A DNA stretch of 64,000 bases, from contig JAYWIR010000001.1 of the NCBI GenBank assembly GCA_036172245.1, positions 9,858,001-9,922,000 on the forward strand, in the 5' to 3' direction. Each line of letters opens with the position of its first letter. Positions within the stretch are counted from its first letter, which is position 1. The notes below the pieces were generated by a model. That model was not told where the DNA came from. It saw only the letters and a program-made list of their open reading frames with translations, and ran no database searches. Position numbers and translations under genes: made by a program. Shown in pieces: positions 34,445 to 47,888 of the stretch. The DNA is from Raillietiella orientalis. Its lineage: Eukaryota.

Positions 34445-37139
34445 CTCTCCCCTTCCCTCCTGGAAGCTGCGGGGATTACGCGCATTCCGGCTCGAGGGCA
34501 CGCCGGGAGAAGGGGGAGGCGGTGGTCCGGCCGGGGAGAAGAGCGACATCCGTCGAGTGGCGTGACCGGGAGCCATTTACTCCCCTTCCCTCTCTCCCGC
34601 GCCGCTGGCACGCAACAAGTCCAAGGCGGACGCTCGCTCGCGCACGCCGCGAGGAGGGGGGCTCACGGAAAGGGAACAAAGGGAGAAGGAGAGCAGGAGA
34701 GGAAGGGGAACGCCAACACCGGCGTCCCGGAGGAGACAAAAAAACGGAGGGGAGTGAACTCCTTCATGGGATTGTCCGGGCGAAAGGCAGCGTGACTGGG
34801 CCCTCCGGACCGGAGACCAGGCAGCCTCCTCGAAGGCGTGTCTCCTGGAGCCAAATTGCCAAGCAACGGCGAGGATCCTCGCTCTGGTGGCCGCCAAGAG
34901 GGTCAGCCGGAAAACCCGTCTGTCACTCCTTCGACCGAGGGAGGGGTGAGGCGGGATTCCGGAAGCAGGGAGGAAGCACCTCAAGAATAAAGCAATGACT
35001 TGCTTTATTCTTGAGGGCGGGGAAAGGAGGTTCCGCACCCTCATGCTTCCCCCCCCTCCTTCCTCCCGGAATCTCAGAGGTACCTCCAGACGATGCTTCG
35101 CTCTCGAACTTTCCCTGGCAACGATTGCTGTGCGAAGGCGTCCCTGCGAAAGATTCCACGAAGCGCGAAGACCCCGGGCGGTGAAGGAACACGGAGGCAC
35201 AACCACCATTTCAGAGCGCGTCTGATCGTCGCCGGAGGTTGCCACGCATGCGTCCGCGAACTGGCTAGCGGGAGGCATCATCGCATGGTCCACTTGAATC
35301 GCCCACTCGCGGCCAGAGCAAAGGAGCCTTCATCCCGGAGCGTTTCGCTACCCCGGGTCCACGATTTTTCCTTTTTCTTTTTCCTGCAGCCGCCGCGCTC
35401 GTCTCCTCCTCTCTGCTTCCACGGACCGACCCTAGCATCGCCTGCCTCAAGGACGGGGGACCCTCGCCGGGCAGATCGGTCAGCTCTCTGCCCCCCACTG
35501 TGCCGGAATCCCGGAGCGCGCGGCAGGAGGCGAGAAGGAGGGGGAGGAGGAGGGAGGGAGGGATCCGTAAAAAGGAGGGAGGAGTCTGCCCGCGTGTTGC
35601 GAGCTGGGCCGGCGGCGAGGGAGCGGCAGGCTCGAAGACTGACCATCTCCTCCCAAGCAGGCATCGAACTTTAGTCCGCAGCCATGGAAACGTGTCACGG
35701 CAGCCGCGTTTTCGTCGTTCGGCACCCCCGTTAACTCCACTATCTTGCCGCCGCAGCCTTTCACGCCCGGTGCTGACGCTTGCACTTTCCCTGAGGTCAG
35801 GAGAGAGAAGAAAGTCAGCCGACCATGCGTCGGCGCTGTCGCTGCTGCTGCTGCTCGAGCACGGTCTTTGGAGTCGCTCTTTGCGAAGGGAATCCGCGGC
35901 ACCGGGATGCGCGCCTGCCCTTCTGCACATCTCGACGCAATGGGAATCGCAACCCGCTTTACTCCCCCCTCCCCCTCTCATTCCTCCTCGAAACTCTTCC
36001 AAGCTCAAAATGCGTTGCCTCAGCCCGAAGAAACACCATCGATGACCGCGCCTTTCTTGTCCCACACTGGCCACTGACCGGCCGCGTCGACGGTGCCTCT
36101 CTCTGGTCCGATTCCAGAAAGCGAAAGTGTTCCATGAAGAGCGTGGGAAGCAGCATACTTGGCGAGAGCGTCATCGTCATGATCATTGCCTCCGCAAATC
36201 AGCGGGAACAAGCGAGAAGCTCTCGGCAACCGGTCGTCATGTCCACCCAGCTTCCAGCTCCCCTTGAGGGAAACGGTACGGAGAAACCGCTCTTGATCCG
36301 GGAGCATCTGCCGCGCGATACCTCGATTCCCATGGAGAAGCAGGCGCTCGGTCTCGTGGCGTTCAGGATGTTCTTCTCCGCCTGGACTTCCTGATGCGTG
36401 TGTATTGTGTGGGTGGAGCCTGGTCCTCCCGCACCAGCAGCTCCAGGTGTGGTTTCCAAGGACAGCGTCGGACAGTCTGCCGATTCCGTGGCCGGAGAAC
36501 GCAAAGTCTGACCCTCTGCCTTCCCCAGAGAGGGCCGAATGGGAGAACAGGGCAAGTCCTCTTCCTGGGCTCTCTTCCTGAAGGCTCTCCTTCGTTGACG
36601 TGGCGAACAGGATGGTTCCCTGCGGAGAGCGGGAAGATCCAGGAAAACCCATCTCCGTGAGCGGAATGCGAGGTTCTCAAAGTTCCTGGGAACGCTGGGA
36701 GAGCTTCCCGGGAAAGAGAGTGGACCATTTCGGTAAGGGGATCCGAATAGGGTCGTCAGTTACCAGGGGGCAAGGAATTGGGCCTTACGCAAGCTCAAGA
36801 GGCACTCTTCAGGCGCTTTTGGATGAAGGCGGGTGGAAGGATGCAGCGATGGTCGTCTTTCGCCTCCAGGAAGACCTCGGGTGCCATGACAACCCCCAAT
36901 AAGCACTCCAAGATAGAATGTACCCCGGGAGTGGCCCGCCCTATGAATCCAGAAAGAATTTGGAGTTCCTCTCACGACTGGGGAGGGACCCCCGGAAATG
37001 GAGATCACCTCCACCCTGGTTGTCTCCGAAGGGAAATCCAGAAGGGAATTCTCCTCCCCTATTCTCTCCGGAGCACCCCTGGGAGGTTCCGCTTCATTTT
37101 TTCTTCACTGAAGGGAACCCGGAAAGGATCCAATCCAGG

Positions 37140-37450
37140 AATTTCTTCTCCAGATGGATCCCCCGCAAGGGATCCGCTCCTGTTTACTCCTCTGAAGAGA
37201 ACCCCGAAGGGACGCTTCCGAAATTCAGAAGGACGCAGCTTCCCCGAAGGGATCGGCTGGTTTCTCTGCACTCTCTGCAGAGGTGGTGGCGACACACCTA
37301 CTCCATCAGTCCGACGAGGAGGGTCCCCCGGAATGGGGGGTCCGCTCGTTCACAACCGGAGGGGGAACTCCTCTCTCCTTGATTCCTGGAATGACCTGGA
37401 GGTCGACTCCCATTTGTCCCTACCCTCATCGGAGTCATCCGGTTGGAACC
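37140..37450 (+). repeat. Dispersed repeat, copy A (inverted relative to 55790-56110)
   Basis: Shares GTCC(C/T)TTCGGGGTTCTCTTCAGAGGAG and CCGGAGGGG..AAC...CCTTGATTCCTGGAA(T/G)GACCT with copy B in opposite orientation. Confidence 0.75.
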
Positions 37451-38599
37451 GCTACCAGTGCCGCACCCGGATGAATGTAGGCCAACCAGCGTCATCTTGT
37501 GGGGTGAAGTCGATTCCTTCGGAGTAATTGAACCCACGACGCATGGTGCCACGCTCAGAGACCACCGTAACCACATGGCCTCCCAGGCGGGCACTCCCGC
37601 TAGATCCTGGGATCAACCCGTCCATGCGCCTGAAGATCCACGAACTAGGTGTGAAATCTGCCACGACGATCCCACGTAGAGGAGACCCGTCGCATGGGAG
37701 GCCTTCCCGAGACAGAGTGCGGTAGCCAAAGACCTCGTGGAGAGGAGGGCTTCTTGCACCCGGAAGCGAAGAGGTGGAGAAAGGAAGATCTGCGCCGTCC
37801 CGTCCAAAGATCATCCGTCCCTTCGACCTGGTTCCTCTCCAAGGGGATAGCTGCCAGCTCACGTGATTCTCGCAACGGGAGTGGGAAAGGCGCCACCCGC
37901 TTTAGCCCCAGCTGATCTTCGCAAGGAAGCCCCCCTTCCTTTCCCTTCCCTTCCCTTCCCTGGGGTTGGCCTGTTTCCGGAGATCAGACTTTCCGTTTCG
38001 AGAAGCGCGTTTCCGGGTTTCGCGTGGTAACAACCGCGGATTACGGCCGCGTTGGAAGTCACAAATTGCACGGGCCGGCGAAAATTCTCCTCCGCGCCGG
38101 TCACGCGCTCAAGCAGGGCGCGACACCGGGGAGAGTCCTCCGCCATCCAAGTCTTTGGAGGTCCCCTTCGCAAGCTCGGACGGGCAGCGTCCGGCTCGTC
38201 GAATGAGAAACAGAAGTGATTCGTCGAGCGCCTAGCGCGTCTGTGCGTCTCTGCGCACCGACGCGAACGGGACACTTTAGTAGGGGGGGGGAGCACACCG
38301 AGTCTCCGTACCGGTCTCCTTCGACTCCTTCGTTCTCAGCTTCGAGGAAGATGTCCTCCCGCACCGCATTTTCGGACTGCCGCCTCCCAACTGGTTTCTT
38401 CGACGATGGTTTCTTTGACGCCGTTTGTTCGAAGCTGCAAGAGCTGTGGAGTTGAAGAATAGGAACTCCTCAGCTCTTTCGCTCACGGTGTTGAACGAAA
38501 TTGGACACGTTCCATCTGATGCACTCTGGCTGCGATGGCGTGGAGGTGGAAGTGTTTGGCGATCGGACGGTTGGGAGGACACGAGGACGCCGGCTCGCC

Positions 38600-39050
38600 A
38601 GCTCACAACAGAAAGTGTTCAATCACGCAGCTCAGCTTGCAAAAGAGCTGCACAACGGAATACGTAAACTTCACGAGCTGCATTTCGCTTCATCTCGGAT
38701 TTGGTCCTTTCCGTCTGGTGGTGCGTCTAGCTCGCTTTTGCCGATGCTTGGAAGGGGGTGAAGACAAAACGACCGCCAATGGCATCCTACCAACCTCGAG
38801 AATAGCTATCATTATGGGTCGTAACAATCGGGTTTCTATCAATCCAGAGTCGGCTCCATGGACTGCACATCATGCATACCACAAGTCCTGATGGGCTGTT
38901 GAACTCGTCAGCGGTGGTCAGAAAAGTTCCAGTTGTAAAATGTAGATGTTGTTCGTGTCTGCAAGCAACCGGTACGCAAGTGCAACTACCACACTAGACG
39001 CACCTGATGTCTGGTTTTCGCTACGGATGGAAACGGCCATCGGGTACGTT
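38600..39050 (+). mobile_element. Highly degenerate LTR-retrotransposon integrase fragment
   Basis: Broken frames with ELHNGIRKL / RLARFCRC (Zn-finger-like) and TAHHAYHKS..AVE (resembling TAYHPQSNGxVE). Confidence 0.35.
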
Positions 39051-40479
39051 CTCAGTACGCCGCGCCAGGATGGCGCTTGGGCAGCCTGAGCACCCACGAG
39101 ATCGGACTGCAGTGCAGTTCTGACTTTTGATTCTTTGTGGAAAATTGTGGACTTGCCACTGGTGTGTTCTGTCATGCGCCTTCGGCGATTTGCGGGAAAC
39201 GCAGGACTTCTCCCGCTGCTGCTGCGCAACCCACGTAGGGGGACCGGATTTGACTACCCTATGAGGTATCTGTCCTCACTTCTGGCAGCTCACCCATGGA
39301 TCTCCTGCTGCCCCCAAAACTGGAATGCCCTGCGGCAAGAGGCGCTGGAGTCCCGGGTTGCCACTTTAGAAGTACGCCCAGAGGAACTGTGACCACTGCA
39401 GAAATTTCTGCGCAGGACATTGGAAGATTTCCTGCAAGGCTGGATGCAGTGGTCCAGGATAGCCGTCACGCCCCTTGCCGCAGCTCTGCCTGCCCTCGGG
39501 ACAAACGATGACACCGGCCAGCCGACAGGGTAAGAGATTTCCTGCAGCATGTCCGCAGTCGAGGAATTCCCCCCGATGGCCGCAAGATGGTGAGTTGGTG
39601 GACGACGCCACTCCTTGTTCCCGGACGAAGGGACTCTTTCGATGGAGTGACCTGCTCGGCGTGCCCTCCCGAAGAACTCACGACCCCTCCTCTGCGTGCG
39701 GACACCTCCATGTTCCTGCTCCGTTGGAAACAGCAGGATGCTCTGCTGCTTCCTCACTGGGAACTCCAGTGCAACCAGCGCAGGCTCCTGGTTTCCGAGG
39801 AAGAGTGGCGTCCCCGAATTGTTTGAGGTGAGGGACGGTGGAATCGATCCTGCACCTCCTGTTGAACTTCAGTGCCCTGTAGGACATGTGGCAGAGGCTC
39901 CCTTCGGCGCTCCGTGGACCACAGGAAGACTCGCTGCGGCGCTTCTTTACCGGAGGCAGATTGAAGACGGTTGTTGTGATCGCAAAGAACTGCTGCGCCC
40001 GCGCCATGATGACAGCCCGTCATGTGTCGGAGTCTCTCGTTCGCAGCAAGAGGATGCCTCCGGAATGGCGGCCAGCTTCATGAGGACGGCTTCATGAGGT
40101 GGCCTCACTGCCAGAAGTCATCAGTGAGATCGCCACCATACACAGCCACTTATAGGAAGGAAGGAACGAATGAAACCAAAGACCCCTGTGCCTACCCTTT
40201 CGTATTAATTTATTTTTATCGCCCCCTCCCTCCGTTCCCTTCTTTTTTAGGAGTCGACCTGCGTGCTGGTGGTCATTTCCAATGAACTTTTCTTCTGGCA
40301 TCTCCTGTGTTCTGGTCCCCTCCGACTTTGAATTTATTTATTTTTAAATAAACTTCCCAGCGTCACCGGGTAAAAATCAGTGCGCAGAAGGCTGTTTCTC
40401 TCGAGCCATGAAAGAAGATACGCATGTGACAAAAAAAAGCAGGTAAACTCCCTTTCGATGAAAGATGGGATACAAATTC

Positions 40480-42520
40480 CATTGTCGGTTCCACGTTACG
40501 TTTTGTCATTTTCTGTCACTTGTGCTTCCCTGGACGTCTTGCAAGCATCCCCACGGATGCAGGTACCGAAAGATCATGCTCGTCTCTCGATCAGAACCAC
40601 TGTTCTGATCGAGAGACGTGACAAGAGGATGCTTTTGTTCCAATAGAAATGGCAGGAGGATGGTGCCCACAACCATCGGGAGCATCCGAGAGGACAGGAT
40701 TCTCTCTATCCAGGAAGCGAACGTGGCTGCAGTCCTTGGAGGGAGAAGACAAACCAAAAAGGATGAGGCAGTCGTTCTGAAGGCAGGTTTCTCGACAGAT
40801 CTGATGGCCACAGCGGAGTAGAAACCAGTCAATGCTCCTTACCATTCCAAGGCCTTCAAGTGTAAGAAGAGGAAATCATGGAGTCCTTGTGTCGGTCTGT
40901 CCTCCGTCGCGAGGAGACATCGACCGTTGCATGAGATGAAGCAATCTGTCTTGCGAGTATCACGAACGCCACGCCAAGGAAGGGACTGGCGTTTCCACGG
41001 AGGAGTCGGCTGTTTCGTTACTTCCATCTCCCGCCTGAATGTTATCGCAGGGATGTCATAATCCAGGTGCTTCATGGTGACCACTCGCACTTCGGCGGCG
41101 AAGCCACCTGCTCTCCCATGAGTGTCGGGCAGGCGGCTTCGCCGAAGGATGTCGCATCGTGGCGGTGCGCCTCACCGTCTTCACGGGAAAGTCGTCCTGT
41201 CGGCCCCGCGAACCCTCGGGAGCGATTCCTGTCTTCCAGAACTTTGAGCCATTTTGGTTCGAAGGAGTCTTCCGGAGAGGTATTTCGAGAAGCTACTGTG
41301 TAAGATGCGCTGTGAAACGAGCTGGAGGACGGAGCGACAACACACGCTGAGTCGGGTCGAGGACGGAAACCAGCCCGTGGCCAAGGTCAGACGCCGAAAG
41401 AAGAGCTGCCTTCTTCGACCGGAATTCTCTTCCCGCCACACTGAAGCGGATCGCCCATCGATCGGGGATCTGCGCTTTGAGGATGACCTCGTGATGACGC
41501 CGAAGAAAGCGGACGTTTCGAGGGTTCCCGGGGAGTGGCGCTCCCTTGAGGAGTTTGTTTCTTACTTTCCTTTTGCAGGTGCCGAGATCGGTTCCCCGCA
41601 CCACCTTTGCTCCCTGTTCACCCTCCTCCAGCCCCCGGCTCGTCTTGTCCTGACTTCCGTTGCTGCGCCCGCCGCAGATCGCCCGTAGATCAAAACTCAG
41701 TTCGCCGGCTGAGCAGGAAGCGTTGAGTCGCGTCCCCTCCCCCCTCCCCCCGGAGCTTGCGAGAAGCGCCGGAGGAGGAGGAGGCTCTATCGTCTCCATC
41801 TGGAAACCTCAAGGCTAGCTACCGGTCCCTCCATTGCCACGTGCTCCTCCGTCGCTACGGTTGGCGCTCTGTCGGAACATCCTCCTTCCACCTCCTCGAG
41901 AAGGGAAGTGTACCTCGTCTCGGATGGAAGGCGACGGGGAATTTTCAATAAAACGACCACCTGTGGGAAGGTTCGGATCGTCTCCCGGCCGGGAGATGGG
42001 GAAAAGCGAGGTCGCAGATGACCTTCCCGGTCGCGCCATGCGGTCGCGAGGTCGGCTGAAGAGATGTAGAGTATCGCGCTCCGAAACTCGCGATAGGGAG
42101 GGGATAAAGCAACCCAGGAAGCATGAGGGGAGGACAGTCAGTGCCAAAGGGAAACTTTATCCGATGCAGGTGGATGAAGTGGACCGAAGGGACAGGATAA
42201 GCGACTGTGCCCCCTTCCTTGCAAAGAGCCGGAGGATTTTCGGTGCTGGACCGCACCTCCTCTACGCACAGCTCCAGGGATGAAAGGCATCCAAGAAAGG
42301 AAAGGTTCGCGCCAAGAAAGGTTTCTCTCTTCCCCAGACCACTTCCTGAAGATCTCATCTGAGTATCGGCCTGCTTCACTACGTGAACTGTGTGACGCCG
42401 GGGAGGAGGAGGTCACTCTCCGGGCCGGATACGCGGAAGCATCCTGTGGTGGCAGCGGATCAGCCTCGGGAACCGTCCCTCGGATTTCCAGGGGTCTCCG
42501 GGAGTGGTCAGCGTCTCCGA
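40480..42520 (+). mobile_element. Degenerate Ty3/gypsy pol remnant in RT-RNaseH-integrase order
   Basis: CASLDVLQASPRMQVPKDH...KRMLL (RT), TIPRPSSVR, CETSWRTERQHTLSR (RNaseH end), LRRYGWRSV, KGKLYPMQV..RISD, FLSSPDHFLKISSEYRP (integrase-like). Many frameshifts; no LTRs identified. Confidence 0.5.
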
Positions 42521-45500
42521 TCGAGGAGCCCCTCCTTGCCTCGTCGAAATCTTCGCTCCCTCATCCCGCATCTATTCCATGTCTCACTTTCACCTTCTGC
42601 TTGACCAAGATGCTGTCCACTCCACTTGAGGGCTGGCAACACTCCTGATAAGGGGGGCGGATGCTGAGCGCGCGCGGATGACGGGAGAGCGGTCCCGGTG
42701 CAGCAGCTTCTGGAATCGGTAACATCCCGAAAGTGTGCCGTTCACCAGGCCAGAAGATCAGGAAGCGGATCGCTGCTTTCTCCTGGACATGGTGGTGGCC
42801 ATCTTTTCCACGGGACTGGACGGCCATTTTGTCTGCCTGCGGGGATGAGGGATGAAGCCAGGCCATGGAAACGCGTCGATCTGGCTCCAGACGCTTCTCC
42901 CTTTCCACCCTTACCCCATATCGAGGCGAGTCCGGGATGAAAGGAAGGGCAGAAATCTTTTTGCCGCCCTCCTCTCGCCCTGGCAAGATTCATCTTCCTC
43001 CACCTCCACCCGCGTGGGGGAGGAAGCAAAGCGAGCCCGGAAGAAAGCCAGGGAGAGAAGAAAGGAGTCCTCGAGCACTTCCTCCCTCTGCGAAGCGATT
43101 CCCGGAACCATATCTTCGCGGAGCTCCAGGGTGAGCTGCTCTCTGAGACCCCAACAGAAGGGGTCCAAAGGGGAGCGGAATCTCTTCCTTCCCATCCTCT
43201 TTCCCTCCCTCTTTCCAGTCCTTCGTTTTGTCCTTTTCAACTCTCTCCTCGTCCCCCTCCCCCCATCTCCCGAATCCGCTCTCTTATTTCCGAATGCCAC
43301 GAACGTCCTCAAGTGCTCGTCTCAATCGAAGCGTCCTTGGCACCGGACGACGCGGTCGTCGAGGACGGACGCGCCGGCAGCTGCAAAAAAAAAGCGCAGT
43401 GATGGGAAGAGCTCGAGGGCGAATGCGCGCGCGTCTTGCTGCTGTTTTTTTTTTTTTTTTTGCTGTTGTTTTTGTCCTTCTTTTCCGCTTCTTTCCTCTC
43501 CCTCTCCCAGGAGCGAGGAAAAGCGGAGGAGGGAGAAAAGAGCGCGCTCACGCATACAGGAAGAGACCGCCCCTCTAGCGCGAGTCCTCTCTTCGGTCGA
43601 CGGACGGGGAAACTCCCAGACTGCACTCGTATGCGTAGGCGGCGGCGGACCTCGCCTTCACCCTATCGATACCGGCAGGAGAAGGGGAGGGGGAAGGGGG
43701 CGCACGTTCGTCTCTGATAGACTTAGTCTGCCAGGCCTGAGTGGTTAGCGAGGCGGAGTTCCCGCTGCGCGGAAAGGCTAACATCTCCGGGGGGCCCCAA
43801 CCTCTCCCACCTCTGGGTGAGTGGGGGACGTGCACGCCTTCCCGCCTTCTCTCGGCAACCGGCTGCGGAAAAGACGTCCTGCACCCACACGCGCGCGCAC
43901 CTTTCTCATAGCTGCGCTTCTGGCGGAGGATTGACCCGAATCTTCTGTTGTTCCCCGTGACCTGGATCCTCCCGGAGAGGGTCTGCGCCGGACCGGCTTC
44001 CGAAACCGAGGGGAAAGATCGCACGTGCGGTGCCGGGGAACGAGACCCAGGAGCGGCGATGGGAGCGTCCCTTCTGCTCGGTCCCCCATTAGCAGATGCG
44101 CCAGAAATTCCTTCCCTTTCGCTGCCCGCGCATTCGAAAGCAGCAACAACTCCCCCTCCCCCCCCGCTTGCATCCTTCTCCCAGGCTGGTTCGGCGCGAA
44201 AACCCGTGTGCGAGTTCAGCCGAGTGCGGGCTGCAAATGGGTTCTGCAAGCGGTTGCCAAATGATGCTGTCGCCCTCAAAAAACAAAAGCAGGAACGCAA
44301 AAAAGAAAAAAAAAGAGGAGAGAAAATGAGCGCAAGTGCCGTCATCGCATCCTCACGCACAAGATCCATATCATTAGGTCTCCACCCCGAACACATAAAT
44401 AAATTATTAAATAAATAAACGCATCGTCGAATTCATTACACCGCCTGGGATTCGTAAGCTTTAGCATCTTTCCTACCGAGCCAATACTTTGTTTTCGAGC
44501 TCCTAGTCTCCATGACGACCGATCCACCCCAAAAAAACAAAAAAAAAAGTTTGCACGCTAAAAGTGAAACATAGTCGCCACAGGTACTCGCATCGTTTTC
44601 TTCAAATAGAGGAAAGCGGTTCTCCTGGAAGATTACTTTCGCTCTCTTTTCCACTTGTGCGCAGCAGCATCCGAGTAGAAAACGAAACGAAACCCCCGTC
44701 GCCGTGAATTCCTGTTCCCTCCCCCCCCTTTTCCCGTTCAAGTCATCGGGAATACCGCGCCGAACCCATGCGAAAATCCGGCGGATTTCCAGGACCGTTC
44801 CCCGACGTCGATTGGACTGCGCAATCAACCCATTGTTGCTCCGCACTCCGAAGGATATCAATAGAATACGCAGATAAAAATAGCCCTCTCGAATGGGCCA
44901 CTGAAGACGAAGTTTCACTTTCCTCGCAGGAAGATCACTGGCATGCTCTGGAGATCCTCTCTCAAGGCGGAACGACTCTCACCTATTTGCAAAAACCCTG
45001 GAAAAAAAAAAAAAAAAAAGCAGAAAAAAAAAAAACAAGAAGAGAAAAAAGAGTCTTGCATAGACGGTGCGTTTGGTAGAAAGAAAGATGCTTTCCTTTA
45101 CTCTGCTGCGAGACGGGCCTCCCTCACGGTCTAGCCACAGACACACCTTTCAATAGAAAAATTGTCAGAGTGCCCACTTACGATGAAAACGCTTCTCTTT
45201 CGCTCCACGCGGTAATGGCAATGCGATCCTTCTTGCCGATAACCCTTTGCTATGATTAGCTGCTCAGTATATGATCTGAATGTTCCCTCTTGTTTGGTTG
45301 AGGAAATATAAATAATGGATCGAACTGCTTTCCGATTATTAATAGGTGCTGCATTCAATTTGATCCAGGATTTCAAAGATAGATTCTACCAATAATGTGT
45401 GACTACGATTGTAAGAAAGATCATGGAAGGCAAATGTTTTGCGACGTTACAGTACACCCAGATGCAGATCATTAAACGTCTTCTTTTTGGATGAATGAGC

Positions 45501-45806
45501 AATTTCATTCACTTCAGTTTACTTATCTTCAACTGACAAAACATACAAAAAAAAGAAAACATCTCACCAAAAATCAGGCGTTTCTTACTCAACAGTTTTC
45601 CAGGAATATCGAGATTTCTACGAGAAGCGGTGGACTTAGATTTTTTCACTTAATATGTTAAAAAGGAAAAACTTTATGTTGGAAAAACCAAAAACCCAGC
45701 ATGATAGATGTTTGTATCTTTTTCCCCTCTCCATTCGAATTTGAAAGACAGCAATATGAATTTTTATCAGCTGCCTTTATTATGCTTCAAATTATGTGTT
45801 GTGCCG

Positions 45807-45826
45807 GAGAGAGAGAGAGAGAGAGA
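45807..45826 (+). repeat. (GA)10 microsatellite
   Basis: Read directly. Confidence 0.9.
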
Positions 45827-46293
45827 AATTTAAAATGTGATGCGTCCCTCAGATCATTTTTTTCCCCTACCTGAAGCAAACGGGAGCTAATTAAGAGAAC
45901 AGAGATCAAGTGAGTCATCTTCATAAGTCGAAAGAGCATTTCTGTTTCAAAAATCCTAGCAAAAGAAGGGGGACACTACAATAAATCTGGATACTCTAAA
46001 CCAAGAAAATTAGATACTTTCTCACTTTCAGAAATTCAAAATGGCTTTTCGTTTTGTTTTGAATGCAGCCACCAAGGCTCGTAAGGAAAGCAGCCTAGAT
46101 TCCAGGAGACAATGCGAAACTGAACCACGTGTCAGTTACTCTGGAATCGAGCCAATCCAAGACTGAAGAGAGGGAGCAAGCAGCATCGGATTTCCCGAAT
46201 AGGAGCTTATCCGGAGATATCTTTTTCCCGAAAGTGCCCTCGTTCTGCAGATTCCCAAACTGCCTGACCTCACTTAAAATCGTAAACAGGAAA

Positions 46294-46401
46294 CAGCACA
46301 GCATTGTTGGGTTTGATGAAAGCAGCACAGCATTGTTGGGATGATGAAAGCAGCACAGCATTGTTGGGATGATGAAAGCAGCACAGCATTGTTGGGATGA
46401 T
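46294..46401 (+). repeat. 28-bp minisatellite, about 3.8 copies (CAGCACAGCATTGTTGGGATGATGAAAG)
   Basis: Head-to-tail near-identical units without spacers; the first unit is 29 bp. Confidence 0.92.
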
Positions 46402-47888
46402 CGAAATATGCTTGCTGGTTGATTCTTCTTCCATCCAAGGAGGTCTCAGTGCTGGAACGCTTGGTGAATGCACTGTTCCTATGATTGTAGCTGCAGTTAA
46501 AATAGGACAACAATTGAAGATAGAACTGTGACGAGTTTGATGCGACGCACATGATGATACATTTTGTGCCTGGTCCTTCGAAATCCCTTTGCTTTCCGAA
46601 AAACCTCGTCATTGGAGTATAGCCCTATCCTTCATATCTCGGAACCTACGCGGTGGAAGGAGGGAAAAAAAAAATTGCTTCTCACTTTTCTTATTGTCCT
46701 CCACATCAGCCAGAAATCCACACCTTGTTCAAGAGCGAAGTGGTCTTTATTATCACTCAAAAGACTTCTCAATAGGACTCTGTAAAAACACACACACACA
46801 CACACACCATCTTCTGTTAAAGTTGGTCCCCTCCTGTAAGGGAGGATCGGACCGTTTGCGTCTCAGGAAAACAAAACTGCATTGCTCAGAGGCCGAGTTG
46901 CATTGCATTGCTCGGGCAACTGTTCCCAAAGGCAGCTCGCAGTCCGGACGCCTCTCTCGGGCAAGAAGGATGGCGTGAGGATCCACGCTCATCCCGCAAA
47001 ATCCGGCTACCGGCGAACATGCGCCTACAGACCACGCGAGTGTGCCGCTGCTGAGGACAGGCAGTATTAAACCATCTGTAAAGGCGCGTTGTTTGCGAGG
47101 TGGCTTCTTCTTAATGAATTGTAAGCGCATGCCTGGATGGATCGCAAACAGCAGGCAAAACGCGAAAAGTGCAATTCACGCTTTTGTTCAGGAGAGTAAT
47201 TTGCTCATATGCCGAACAACGCGCAACGGTATGTGTGTTTTGACTCATCTATTGCTGGAAGGGATGCAACAGGAAGGCAGCGGCTGCATGTCTTTGTGCA
47301 AACTGCTTTCAAGTTTAATTTCTTGTCTTTTCAGTACGGTCCATCCTCCCGTAGTATTTGGATGCAGTTTTTTGCGAGTCGCCTTGGAAGGTCTCCATGA
47401 ACTCTAGCCACAGAAACTGTGCTACATCTAGAGATGAGCACCACCATAAAGCCCGACTGCATTTAAAGCTGGGTGCATGGCACACTGATCAGTCTGAAGA
47501 CTCAGCCGAAGTCTTCCAGGTGGTACCTGAAAACTGCAGCAAGATTTCGTATGCAATCAGCTGTTCCAACGCGCGCAAAATTCTGCACATGAAACTACGC
47601 GTTGGCCGTTCAAAGGAGCCTTCTTATAGAAGAGGCATTGTGCTGCCAGATGCTAAAATTCACTTCATGCTTCTGGCAGTCAGTTGCTTCTCTTTGCAAA
47701 TTTTTCAAATGCAATTGCGTTCTTATACTCCCTGAATGAAACGTATTTGGGAACGAGCAAAGATACTGAGCGAACCTCAGGATCGCGGAGAATTCCCCAA
47801 TTTTCTAGAATGAGGGTTTCCTTTTAAGACATGCGTTTTACACATCATGCATTCCCTTTTGTCATGCACGACGTCACACTTCTATCTA

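Noticed and set aside
17100-44300. Numerous long overlapping R/P/G/A-rich ORFs (e.g. 22909-24174, 30205-31458, 33568-34998)
   Set aside because: Shadow ORFs caused by high GC or antisense to real exons; no recognisable domains.
46294-46401. CRISPR-like 28-bp repeats
   Set aside because: Units are contiguous with no spacers, there are no cas genes, and the context is eukaryotic.
47440-47530. KARLHLKLGAW resembling a PIKK FAT-domain motif
   Set aside because: Single short match with no supporting exons.
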